Origin: a virus | Virus record (IMG/VR): IMGVR_UViG_3300022902_000008 | DNA length: 64,000 nt | Reading direction: 5' to 3' (one strand) | Shown here: one piece after another, positions 46,200 to 55,047 of the stretch | Layout of the letters: each line of letters begins with the position of its first letter | How positions within the stretch are numbered: position 1 is the stretch's first letter | Notes under the pieces: model-generated | Databases searched by the model: none | What the model was told of the DNA's origin: nothing | Seen by the model: the letters and a program-made list of their open reading frames with translations, nothing else | Position numbers and translations under genes: made by a program

Positions 46200-46559
46200 A
46201 TGTTCAACAAATCAATGATGACAGAATATCCTAGTGGAACAAAACATTGGTATCTAAATGGAAAGTTGCATCGAGAAGATGGTCCTGCTGCTGAGCATCA
46301 TAGTGGAACAAAAGGATGGTATCTAAATGGGGAGTGTCATCGAGAAGATGGCCCTGCTTATGAACATCCTGATGGATATAAAGAATGTTATCTCAATGGG
46401 CAATTTTATTATGACACCAAAGGGAAGTTGCACAATAATAATTTCCTGGTATCAAATGAATATACAGGCCTAGTAATAATAATGGGAGGGAAAAATAAAA
46501 TAAGGTTCATGAGAACAATAAATAATATATATCTGGTAATTAAATTTGAGGAGTTATAA
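46200..46559 (+). CDS. 2 WYLNG repeats fused to YxG-family domain
   Basis: Paralogue of 24999 (KGKLHNNNFL...YTGLVII.GGKNKI.FM). Confidence 0.75.
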   Translation: MFNKSMMTEYPSGTKHWYLNGKLHREDGPAAEHHSGTKGWYLNGECHREDGPAYEHPDGYKECYLNGQFYYDTKGKLHNNNFLVSNEYTGLVIIMGGKNKIRFMRTINNIYLVIKFEEL

Positions 46560-46562
46560 ATA

Positions 46563-46862
46563 ATGTCACATAAATATAAAGTTGGTGATATTGTATGGGT
46601 TAAAATTCCACCAGCAAAGGACATTAAAAATAGAAAACATAATAAACATTTTATTGCTGCCTGTGGTGGTTGCAGTTGTCTAGGAAGAGTCAGCAAAGTA
46701 TTAAATCAAAACGGTTTAAATAATAATAATAATATCTCAGGTTGGCATTATAATGTTGAGCTTTCATTGCTATTCCCGCTTGAGCTTAACAACTTGTCTG
46801 CTGTTGATGAAAAATATAAATGGTCTATTGCCGAAGAATGGATTGATAGAAAAATAAAATGA
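46563..46862 (+). CDS. Small GDIVW family protein
   Basis: YKVGDIVWVKIP. Confidence 0.7.
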   Translation: MSHKYKVGDIVWVKIPPAKDIKNRKHNKHFIAACGGCSCLGRVSKVLNQNGLNNNNNISGWHYNVELSLLFPLELNNLSAVDEKYKWSIAEEWIDRKIK

Positions 46863-47107
46863 CTTATAAATACAAATATGAAATTGGTGATATTGTATGG
46901 GTTAAAGAGGCTTTTTATTGGCCAAGAAAAGGCAGCTATTCTTTTTATACTGGACCAGTAAGCATTGTTAGTTGTGGATTGTCAGGAAAATATGATCATG
47001 ATATAAGGGGGATTGTATATGTAGTCAGATTGCCTGTTGGGGTATATGAAGGTCTTAGTATTATTGGAGAAAGCCAAATAAAAGGTTTAATAAATGAAAA
47101 TTTATAA
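46859..47107 (+). CDS. Small GDIVW/YxG family protein
   Basis: YEIGDIVWVK...YTGPVSI. Confidence 0.7.
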   Translation: MTYKYKYEIGDIVWVKEAFYWPRKGSYSFYTGPVSIVSCGLSGKYDHDIRGIVYVVRLPVGVYEGLSIIGESQIKGLINENL

Positions 47108-47369
47108 ATATAAAGTTGGTGATATTGTTTGGGTTAAAATTCCAAACTTAAGAAATGTTAAAAATGAAAATTGTAAAGGACATGCAGTTGTAAAAAAGGG
47201 TGGTTGTACCTTTGTTGCTGTTATTTTTGAGGTATATTCTCATAACAATAAATTTGGTTCTTGGGATTATGTCATTTCATTGCCTATTGGTTTTAGTCTT
47301 GAATATGGCACTAAAAAACTTAAAGAGTGGGCTATTGTCAAAGAGTGGGTTAAAGGGAAAGTAAAATGA
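47094..47369 (+). CDS. Small GDIVW family protein
   Basis: YKVGDIVWVKIP; close paralogue of 46563. Confidence 0.7.
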   Translation: MKIYKYKVGDIVWVKIPNLRNVKNENCKGHAVVKKGGCTFVAVIFEVYSHNNKFGSWDYVISLPIGFSLEYGTKKLKEWAIVKEWVKGKVK

Positions 47370-47578
47370 CTTATAAATATAAAATTGGTGATATTGTGTG
47401 GATTAACAACTATCAGCATATGTGTGCAGGGAAGTTCATAACGATGTCAGGTCTTGCTATTATTCAACAAAGTTACATAAATGGTTCTAAAAAATATCTA
47501 GTTTCTTGGGTTGGGTTGCTGTCTGGTCGTTGGGTAGCAATAACGGAGAAAGATATTGACAAAAAAATTAATGTTTAG
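47366..47578 (+). CDS. Small GDIVW family protein
   Basis: YKIGDIVWIN...MSGLAII. Confidence 0.7.
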   Translation: MTYKYKIGDIVWINNYQHMCAGKFITMSGLAIIQQSYINGSKKYLVSWVGLLSGRWVAITEKDIDKKINV

Positions 47579-47804
47579 ACATAGAAAAGGTGATATTGTT
47601 TGGGCTAGTTGTTATATTGTTAGCTTTAATGGCGTTCTTGGGTTTTATAGGTGGCAATCATTTTCAGGAGTAGGAATTGTTTATCACCCAAGATTTCCTG
47701 GCAAATGTGGTAATTATTATGAATATATTATTAAGTTTGGGGAGCATATATATGGAATAGCCAAAGCAGATTGCACAAAAGGAATAAATAATGAAACATT
47801 TTAA
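47571..47804 (+). CDS. Small GDIVW family protein
   Basis: RKGDIVWAS...FSGVGIV. Confidence 0.65.
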   Translation: MFRHRKGDIVWASCYIVSFNGVLGFYRWQSFSGVGIVYHPRFPGKCGNYYEYIIKFGEHIYGIAKADCTKGINNETF

Positions 47805-48129
47805 GCACATTTTTAAAAAGAAAGGATATAAGATAGACTGGCAATATGATGATGGTATTGGTTATAGTAACAAACATCATATTGTTCGAATTCTTTATAA
47901 GGAAGGTAAAGGAGATACTGTTTCAATGGGATCAGCGAAGTATTTTGACAGGTGGGCTAACTCAAGTCATATTAATTGGGAAATTATGGAAAAAAATAAT
48001 AATTGGACTGAAAAAATGGTTGAAGAAGACTTTTTGAACAACCTCAGAAATGCTGAATGGTTATGTTTAATTATTGCAAGGTTGTTGCCAACTCTTTTTG
48101 ACAACCCTCTTTTTAGAATTGATTTGTGA
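47791..48129 (+). CDS. Hypothetical protein
   Basis: 112-aa ORF overlapping the previous gene's end. Confidence 0.55.
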   Translation: MKHFKHIFKKKGYKIDWQYDDGIGYSNKHHIVRILYKEGKGDTVSMGSAKYFDRWANSSHINWEIMEKNNNWTEKMVEEDFLNNLRNAEWLCLIIARLLPTLFDNPLFRIDL

Positions 48130-48134
48130 CTTAT

Positions 48135-48165
48135 GGTTAACAAACAGGGTTGGTTGTGGTATAAA
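48135..48165 (+). promoter_or_regulatory. sigma70-like early promoter (GGTTAACAAA class)
   Basis: TTAACA-17 bp-TATAAA, TGTG extension. Confidence 0.75.
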
Positions 48166-48200
48166 GGTTTTATTGATTGATATTTAAAAGGAAGGGACAA

Positions 48201-48565
48201 ATGGAAAGTATCAATGAAAAAATGGTTTGTGAGTTTATTGGTTCTGTTGATTGGGACAACAATAAGGAAGTACAAAAGCAAGACATAGAAGATCGTTACG
48301 GTGAAAACACATGGGCCTCAGATGATGTTTGGGAACAGTTTTGAAATTTTATAGTAATGAAATTAGAAAGTTATGTTGGGTTGATGGAAGGGTAGGTTTT
48401 TCATTGGGTGATCATTATGTTTATCGAGATTTTGTTGGGCCATTAATGATTATTTTCAAAGATACGTCAATGAAACAACAAGCTTTATATCTTGGGTTTT
48501 ATTCCAAAGATGAATATATGTGTCTTGTTTCGGAAGATGCAATTAAGGACATTATAGAAGGCTGA
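48201..48565 (+). pseudogene. YxG family gene split by a frameshift in a T run
   Basis: ORF 48201-48344 (..WEQF*) joins ORF 48329-48565 by -1 to give WEQFLKFYSNEIRKLCWVDG...FVGPLMI. Confidence 0.5.
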
Positions 48566-48847
48566 TTGATGAAAAAAAATAAAAAGTATAAAGCTGGCGA
48601 TGTTATTTGGTATCAGATTCCACTAAAAGAAGTTGCGGAGCTTACTGATTATCAAGCTTTAATTAATAATCATTTTTTATTAAGCTTTAAAAGGGCTGTC
48701 AAAGGTCTTGCTATTATTTCTGAACAGTCTACATGGAACCCCTGGGATTATGATATTGTTTTTGCTAACAAGTTAATTGTTGATAGATTAGAAATTGGTG
48801 GTTGTCAGATTCCTGAAAGTTGGGTTTTGGAAAAGGTAGAGATATGA
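48566..48847 (+). CDS. Small GDIVW family protein
   Basis: YKAGDVIWYQIP...VKGLAII. Confidence 0.65.
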   Translation: MMKKNKKYKAGDVIWYQIPLKEVAELTDYQALINNHFLLSFKRAVKGLAIISEQSTWNPWDYDIVFANKLIVDRLEIGGCQIPESWVLEKVEI

Positions 48848-49206
48848 TTGATTTGTACTTTACAAACAGCACATCTAAAGAAATATCTAGACGAACATTT
48901 CATTATCATTGCAAATCGTTAAGTTGGCAATTTATTGGTGGTGGACAATCATTAAAGTTTTCAAGAGTATTCTTTGATCGTTATGCATATGATAATTTTG
49001 CCGCAAATAAAATAATTTATGTTGGGCCAGTCGTTAGACGAAAAGTTATTTTTGTTAGTAAATTTAACCCTAAAGAACAAATGGCTTTTTTTACATATAC
49101 TTTCCCCAAGTTTGTTGGTGCAGAAAGAATAGTTTCGGGTTGGTTTATAAATAGGAAGGGTGACAAAATAACTTTATGTTCTGATGTTGATTGGTTTGAA
49201 AGATGA
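48844..49206 (+). CDS. Small YxG family protein
   Basis: YVGPVVR; ATGA coupling at 48844. Confidence 0.55.
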   Translation: MIDLYFTNSTSKEISRRTFHYHCKSLSWQFIGGGQSLKFSRVFFDRYAYDNFAANKIIYVGPVVRRKVIFVSKFNPKEQMAFFTYTFPKFVGAERIVSGWFINRKGDKITLCSDVDWFER

Positions 49207-49544
49207 AATATATAAAAATTGAAACTAACTTTGGCCATTTAATTCAAAAAAGAAAACAATTTGAAATGTTCTTTATAGCAGGATTCAAATTTGATATAAT
49301 TAAACAAGAGGTTGCTTTTGTTAATTTGAAGTATAAGTTAACAAACGATCAATTCAATTATGTTGGCCCAGTTATATTAAAAAGGCTGCTTGGTGAAAAG
49401 GGAGAAGAAGATGTTGTTGTTATAATTGAAACATTTAAGTTGCCAGAAAGCCGATTAAAAAAGCTCATTGGGCTTAAGAGTTTACACGTTAAGAATGATG
49501 GGTTAATATTATTTATCAATACTGAAGCAAAAAATGAAATATAA
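49203..49544 (+). CDS. Small YxG family protein
   Basis: YVGPVIL. Confidence 0.55.
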   Translation: MKYIKIETNFGHLIQKRKQFEMFFIAGFKFDIIKQEVAFVNLKYKLTNDQFNYVGPVILKRLLGEKGEEDVVVIIETFKLPESRLKKLIGLKSLHVKNDGLILFINTEAKNEI

Positions 49545-49821
49545 TCTTGACAAAGGGTTAGTTTTCACTTATATTACTGAAGAAGGCAGAGAAGGGCTTC
49601 CAGTATATGTTGTACTAATTAATAAACAGGGAGACTTGCTTTATAATAATATAGCTTTGTTATATAAAGAATGTCATGGTAACTATTTTAGCTTTAAGTT
49701 TTTAACTAAAAATATATATAATGTTGTGTTTTCTAAAATAGACAATACAAATTGGTTCATAAATAAGAGGAACATACAGAAACTTTATTATTTAAATGGG
49801 GGAAATGGTTATGGGAAGTGA
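49534..49821 (+). CDS. Hypothetical protein
   Basis: 95-aa ORF overlapping its neighbours. Confidence 0.5.
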   Translation: MKYNLDKGLVFTYITEEGREGLPVYVVLINKQGDLLYNNIALLYKECHGNYFSFKFLTKNIYNVVFSKIDNTNWFINKRNIQKLYYLNGGNGYGK

Positions 49822-51709
49822 TAATATTAAAAATAAAATTGTTGGCATTGATCTTGGGACTTCTCGATCTGCAATTGCGGTGATGGAAGCAGGCAAGACA
49901 AGCATTATTATTAATCAAGAGGGCGATAGAACAACACCATCAGTTGTTAGTTTAAGTGACGGTTCAGTTGGGATATCAGCAAAAAGGGCTGGAGTTGTTC
50001 ACCCGGAATCTACAATTTATTCAGTAAAAAGGTTGATTGGTAGAAGGTATAAAGATATTAAGGGTGAGTTAAAAAACTTATCATATTCTGTCTTTGAAAA
50101 CAGCAATGGTTCAACAAAAATTGTTTATGATGATAACGAACATTCACCACAAGAGATCTCTTCAAAGATATTAATTAAACTTAAGAAGGCCGCTGAAGAT
50201 TATCTTGGGGAAAAGGTTGAGAAGGCTGTTATTACCGTTCCTGCTTATTTTGATGATTCTCAAAGAATGGCAACAAAGGTTGCAGGCGAAATTGCTGGGT
50301 TGGATGTTGTAAGGATCATCAATGAGCCGACAGCGGCAGCTTTAGCTTATGGTGTTGATAAAAAAGATGATTTTAAGGTTATGGTTGTTGATATTGGCGG
50401 GGGAACAACGGACTTCTCAGTACTTGAAGTTGGTGGCGGAATTGTTGAGGTATTATCAACAAGTGGCGATACATATTTAGGTGGTGATGATATAGATAAT
50501 GTTTTGTTGGGTCATTTTATTGAGGAATTTAAAAATCAGACTAACATCGATGCCTCTGGTGATAAGATGGTTATGCAGAGGTTAAAAGAGGCAGCGGAGA
50601 AGGCGAAGATTGAGTTGTCCCTAATGTTGGAGACTGAGGTTAACTTACCATTCCTTTCAGCAAATGAAACTGGTCCTAAGCATTTTATTTATAAGCTTAG
50701 TAGGAGTAAGTTCGAGGTAATGATTATGCCATTGTTAGAGAGGGCCTTGGTCCCATGTAAAATTGCATTGGAAGATGCTAAACTAAGTGTTGATGATATA
50801 GATGAGGTTTTGTTTGTTGGTGGAACAACAAGAATTCCATTAGTGACGAAAATTATGGTTGATTTTTTTGGAAAAGAGCCAAACAAGAGTGTTAATCCAG
50901 ATGAAATTGTTGCAATGGGTGCGGCTATCCAGGGGGCGGTTCTTTCTGGTGACGATGCCGTGAAAGATATTTTGTTGTTGGATGTCACTCCATTGTCTTT
51001 GGGGATTGAAACTTTAGGTGGAGTATTTACAAGAATTATTGAAAGAAACACAACAATCCCTTGTGTAAAATCGGAGATCTTCTCTACAGCAGCAAATAAC
51101 CAACCAGCAGTATCTATTGTTGCCTATCAGGGGGAAAGAAATATTGCTGCAAATAATAAACTTTTAGGTAAGTTTGATTTAATTGGAATTCCACCTGCCC
51201 CAAAAGGTACTCCACAAATTGAAGTTAAATTTAATTTGAATTCAGATGGCATTTTGAATGTTGTTGCAACTGATAAGGTGACTGGAGAAAATAAAGATAT
51301 TACAATTACATCTTCTTGTGGGCTTTCTGATGAAGAAATTGAAAAGATGAAAAATGATGCAGAAGAGAACAAAGTAAAAGATGAGGAAAAAATTGAAATT
51401 ATCAATTTAAGGAATGAACTTGAAACATTAAAAATTTCTGCTGAGAGCCTTTTTAAAGAGCATTCAGGGAAGGCCTATGTCAACCCATTGGGTGATGTTA
51501 TAAAATCCACTGAGGAGCTTTTGGGGAATTCTGACACCACGTCTGAGGCCTTAAATGAGCAGAAAAAAATGTTAGAAAGTATTCTCCACAACATCTCAAA
51601 GGAAATGTATCAGGGCTGTTCTGATGATGACCTAAGTTGCGATGCCAGGGGGGAAAACAGTAAAAGAGGTGAGGTAATTATTGACGCAGAATTTGAGGAT
51701 ATTGAATAA
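49796..51709 (+). CDS. dnaK: Hsp70 chaperone DnaK
   Basis: GIDLGTS, EGDRTTPS, TVPAYF, INEPTAAALAYG, DIGGGT, LLLDVTPLSLGIET. Confidence 0.97.
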   Translation: MGEMVMGSDNIKNKIVGIDLGTSRSAIAVMEAGKTSIIINQEGDRTTPSVVSLSDGSVGISAKRAGVVHPESTIYSVKRLIGRRYKDIKGELKNLSYSVFENSNGSTKIVYDDNEHSPQEISSKILIKLKKAAEDYLGEKVEKAVITVPAYFDDSQRMATKVAGEIAGLDVVRIINEPTAAALAYGVDKKDDFKVMVVDIGGGTTDFSVLEVGGGIVEVLSTSGDTYLGGDDIDNVLLGHFIEEFKNQTNIDASGDKMVMQRLKEAAEKAKIELSLMLETEVNLPFLSANETGPKHFIYKLSRSKFEVMIMPLLERALVPCKIALEDAKLSVDDIDEVLFVGGTTRIPLVTKIMVDFFGKEPNKSVNPDEIVAMGAAIQGAVLSGDDAVKDILLLDVTPLSLGIETLGGVFTRIIERNTTIPCVKSEIFSTAANNQPAVSIVAYQGERNIAANNKLLGKFDLIGIPPAPKGTPQIEVKFNLNSDGILNVVATDKVTGENKDITITSSCGLSDEEIEKMKNDAEENKVKDEEKIEIINLRNELETLKISAESLFKEHSGKAYVNPLGDVIKSTEELLGNSDTTSEALNEQKKMLESILHNISKEMYQGCSDDDLSCDARGENSKRGEVIIDAEFEDIE

Positions 51710-51712
51710 GCA

Positions 51713-52054
51713 ATGAAAGTAAGGCAAGGATTTGTCAGCAATAGTTCAACAAGCAGCTTTATTATTACTAACAAGTCTGATAAAATGCTAAATGTAGTTG
51801 ATTTGGTGATTGATTTGTCTGATAGGCTAGGGGAGTCTTATCTTGACATTTCTTTGAGACAACTATTAAATGATGCTGAGCAATTATATAGGAATAACTA
51901 TAACTTAAAGCCCAAAATAAGTATAAAGTTATATGTTTCAAATGAAGATGATAATTATGCAAGCTGTTTTTTAAGTCAGATCTTAAATAAAGATAGAGAT
52001 GAGGTTAATGAAAGTGAAAATTTTACATGGGAATTTAAAAATTATTATGGATAA
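51713..52054 (+). CDS. MKxRxGFVSNSSS-motif protein 1
   Basis: MKVRQGFVSNSSTSSFII. Confidence 0.7.
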   Translation: MKVRQGFVSNSSTSSFIITNKSDKMLNVVDLVIDLSDRLGESYLDISLRQLLNDAEQLYRNNYNLKPKISIKLYVSNEDDNYASCFLSQILNKDRDEVNESENFTWEFKNYYG

Positions 52055-52068
52055 ACGGAGGTAAAAAA

Positions 52069-52662
52069 ATGAAAATTAGAACAGGCTTTGTTAGTAACTC
52101 CTCATCAAGTAGTTTTATTTGTAACGTGTGTGGAGAAAATGTTTCAGGTTATGACATGATGTTAAGTGAAGCAGAAATGTATGAGTGTGGTAATGGTCAT
52201 ATTTTTTGTGAAGGTCATGTTAAGGGCGGGTTTGATTATCATGAGATTCTTGGTAATGAAGAGAAGTTATTGCAGTTTGTTGAAAATAAATTAAATGGTC
52301 AAATTACAACAACGAAAAATAACATAAGGAAACTTAAGGCCACTAATTCAAATTGGAATTCATCAGGCTATGAAGCAAACATTAGCAATCTTGAAAAAGA
52401 ACTTAGTGAGTTGAAAAATAAAGAATATGAAGAAATTATAGAAGAGTGGGAAAACTTTTTTGAGGAAGGAGAGTATAGGTATGAATTTCCTATAGACTAT
52501 TGTCCTGTTTGTACTTTAGAGGCATTCAGAGATGAAGATTTGTTAGAGTTTATGTTGGCATCTCAAGGGAAAAACAAAACTAATATTGAAGAGGCAATTA
52601 AAAAATCATTTAAAAACATTAATGAGCTTAATGAATTTATTGGAAAAAATAAAAAGGGTTAA
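52069..52662 (+). CDS. MKxRxGFVSNSSS-motif protein 2 (Zn-binding)
   Basis: MKIRTGFVSNSSSSSFICNVC...CGNGHIFC...CPVC. Confidence 0.7.
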   Translation: MKIRTGFVSNSSSSSFICNVCGENVSGYDMMLSEAEMYECGNGHIFCEGHVKGGFDYHEILGNEEKLLQFVENKLNGQITTTKNNIRKLKATNSNWNSSGYEANISNLEKELSELKNKEYEEIIEEWENFFEEGEYRYEFPIDYCPVCTLEAFRDEDLLEFMLASQGKNKTNIEEAIKKSFKNINELNEFIGKNKKG

Positions 52663-52665
52663 AAC

Positions 52666-53169
52666 ATGAAAGTTCGTCAAGGTTTTGTTAGTAACAGTTC
52701 AAGCACATCATTTGTTATTAAAGAGGAGTCGATTAAAACTACAGCAGAATGTGCATTGCAAATGTTAAAAATTGTTAAAGATGATTATTTTGATGAGGAT
52801 AGGGAGTCAATTATTGAAGGAATTAGAAAATATTCTAATGGGAAAATTTTGATGGCAATAAAATGGCTGCAAAACAATATTAAATATGATGGAAATATAT
52901 ATTTTCCATGGTCAATTAATTATAAAACATATATTTGGAAAAATAATAATGGGATATTTGTTGACACATGCAATAATCATTACTGGCATAATCATTTTGC
53001 TGTGGATTCTAGAATGGATCATTATTGTTGGTATACTTCTAAATATAATGACACACCGGAAAAACTACCTAGCGACACTCCAGATCCAATTAATAATTAT
53101 TTTGATGAATATTTAGACTTAAGTGATCTTACTTTTGTTGATATTAAAGATAATAAATATTGCTTTTAA
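52666..53169 (+). CDS. MKxRxGFVSNSSS-motif protein 3
   Basis: MKVRQGFVSNSSSTSFVI. Confidence 0.7.
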   Translation: MKVRQGFVSNSSSTSFVIKEESIKTTAECALQMLKIVKDDYFDEDRESIIEGIRKYSNGKILMAIKWLQNNIKYDGNIYFPWSINYKTYIWKNNNGIFVDTCNNHYWHNHFAVDSRMDHYCWYTSKYNDTPEKLPSDTPDPINNYFDEYLDLSDLTFVDIKDNKYCF

Positions 53170-53214
53170 TAAGTATGGTTTGGGTTGATAAAGGTAAGAT
53201 CGAATGGGGGTCCA

Positions 53215-53460
53215 ATGATTAGCAAAGAAATAGTTGAAGAGGGAAAAGCATATTGGGTTCAAGTTAGCCATATAGAGACATTTACTACTGGTTCTTTTTC
53301 TTATCCAATTAACTATACTGGCGTGGGGGTTGTCAATAGGAATAAATATTATAAAGAACATCCTTATTTTTTTATTAATTTGTCAAAACACACTACTAAT
53401 TATTTGTATATGGTTTTAGCCAAAAACATTAATTTTATTGAAAAGATAGGAGAGTTATAA
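53215..53460 (+). CDS. Small GxxxW/YxG family protein
   Basis: EGKAYWVQ...YTGVGVV. Confidence 0.6.
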   Translation: MISKEIVEEGKAYWVQVSHIETFTTGSFSYPINYTGVGVVNRNKYYKEHPYFFINLSKHTTNYLYMVLAKNINFIEKIGEL

Positions 53461-53463
53461 TAA

Positions 53464-54084
53464 ATGCCAAGATTTAAAGCTGGAGACATTGTGTCTTTCA
53501 AGTATAGTGGGCCATATTCACATGATCCAAGTCCAATGGTGTTAATATTAAACCCAAGTTGGGGTGGGTTTGTACATGCAATTAACTTGAATTATTTAAC
53601 AACACAACAAACAATTCATTTATTGTGCTTAGCCTATCCAGATAAGGCAGAAGATTTAACATTTAGTTATCCTGCTGTTAAAGATTTTTTAAAAACTTAT
53701 GGAGAGGTTCCAAATATTCATGAGCATCAAAAGTTTTATTATAATTATGTTCAAGAGCCAGCAACGAGGCTAATGGTATATAGAAAATATCGTGCATCAA
53801 GAATGAATGGGATTAATTTTAAAACTGTTGAAACTCTTAATAAGTTTACCTTGCAGGGAAGGCAGGAAAGAGAACGTGTTGAACAGGGTGAAGTTGACAA
53901 GTTAGCTAAAGAAAAAGAAGAGCAAGAAAGACAGGAACAAGAGGAAATCGATAAGCGTGCTCAAGAGGAGTTGGAAGCACAAGAGGCAGAAAAGGAAAAA
54001 ATTGAAGAAAGTAAAAGAATAAATCGTAAAAAGAAAACTTCCAGTAAAACAAAAAGGCCCAAGAGAAAAAAGAAGAAGATTTAA
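53464..54084 (+). CDS. Possible DNA end-protector protein (T4 gp2-like) with charged tail
   Basis: GDIVSFKY...DPSPMVLIL...HAINLNYL...YRKY pattern. Confidence 0.45.
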   Translation: MPRFKAGDIVSFKYSGPYSHDPSPMVLILNPSWGGFVHAINLNYLTTQQTIHLLCLAYPDKAEDLTFSYPAVKDFLKTYGEVPNIHEHQKFYYNYVQEPATRLMVYRKYRASRMNGINFKTVETLNKFTLQGRQERERVEQGEVDKLAKEKEEQERQEQEEIDKRAQEELEAQEAEKEKIEESKRINRKKKTSSKTKRPKRKKKKI

Positions 54085-54486
54085 ATGGTTGATCAAAAGA
54101 ATAATTCTATATGGTTAGCATGGTTAGGGAAAGTTCTTTGGGTTGATTATAGTTTTATTCCTTATTATTATGTTAAAAATATTATAGATTATGAGCCAAT
54201 TAGAACAAAGACAGAAGCCGTTAAAAGACAATATTGTGGCCCTGCAATTGTTGCTGGTATTGATTTTGGAGTCAGCGATGCTTCAGGTGGAAATAAAAAT
54301 TTAACTTTTCCATATTATCAGTTACAATTAGCGAACAAGGAAGTTAATATTGAAAACAAAGTTTATAGTATTATTAGGCCCATAAGAAGAGATCCAACTG
54401 ACAACATTTGGTTAAACAGATATATATTTTTGGAATTGTTAAAAAATAATGGAGAGAAAGAAAAGGTTAAAGGAAACGAATGTTAG
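54085..54486 (+). CDS. Small GxxVW/YxG family protein
   Basis: LGKVLWVD...YCGPAIV. Confidence 0.65.
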   Translation: MVDQKNNSIWLAWLGKVLWVDYSFIPYYYVKNIIDYEPIRTKTEAVKRQYCGPAIVAGIDFGVSDASGGNKNLTFPYYQLQLANKEVNIENKVYSIIRPIRRDPTDNIWLNRYIFLELLKNNGEKEKVKGNEC

Positions 54487-54764
54487 TTTGGATTAATGGT
54501 AAATGTGGTTATTGTGGGGTTGGGCTTGTACAATCAACATTAACATCTAGGGATACTGGAAGAGCATTATATATGATAAGTGTTCAAAATAATTCAGTTT
54601 ATAAATTTAAGAAATCTGAAATTGCGAAAGAGAATTACATTACTTTTGATAAAAAAATTAAAAGTGCTGAAGATTTAATGGTTTTTCATGGGATGGATTT
54701 TTTTAGTCATTTTACATATACAGACAAGACTGACTTAGTTTTAATGGGGAAGAAGGGTGGGTAA
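54480..54764 (+). CDS. Small VW/YxG family protein
   Basis: LVWING...YCGVGLV. Confidence 0.6.
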   Translation: MLVWINGKCGYCGVGLVQSTLTSRDTGRALYMISVQNNSVYKFKKSEIAKENYITFDKKIKSAEDLMVFHGMDFFSHFTYTDKTDLVLMGKKGG

Positions 54765-55047
54765 TAAATTTAAAAATGGTGATTCTGTGTGGATTAATTG
54801 CACTTGTCCCTATTATGTTGGGCTTGGGATCATTATTCAGAAATATGGAAATGCATATATTACAAGAATTGCTAGCAAATCATTTGCAGTAGATTCTACA
54901 AGTTATCAAACAAGAAAGCTAAAGTGCAAATGGAATTTAGAAATGGCATTAGATTTATCATGTCATTTAAAACATCCTGTTGAGTATATATTTGACAATG
55001 TGTTATATTTACAAGAAGATCATTTAACATTAGTGGAGAAAAGATGA
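54757..55047 (+). CDS. Small GxxVW/YxG family protein
   Basis: FKNGDSVWIN...YVGLGII. Confidence 0.65.
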   Translation: MGNKFKNGDSVWINCTCPYYVGLGIIIQKYGNAYITRIASKSFAVDSTSYQTRKLKCKWNLEMALDLSCHLKHPVEYIFDNVLYLQEDHLTLVEKR

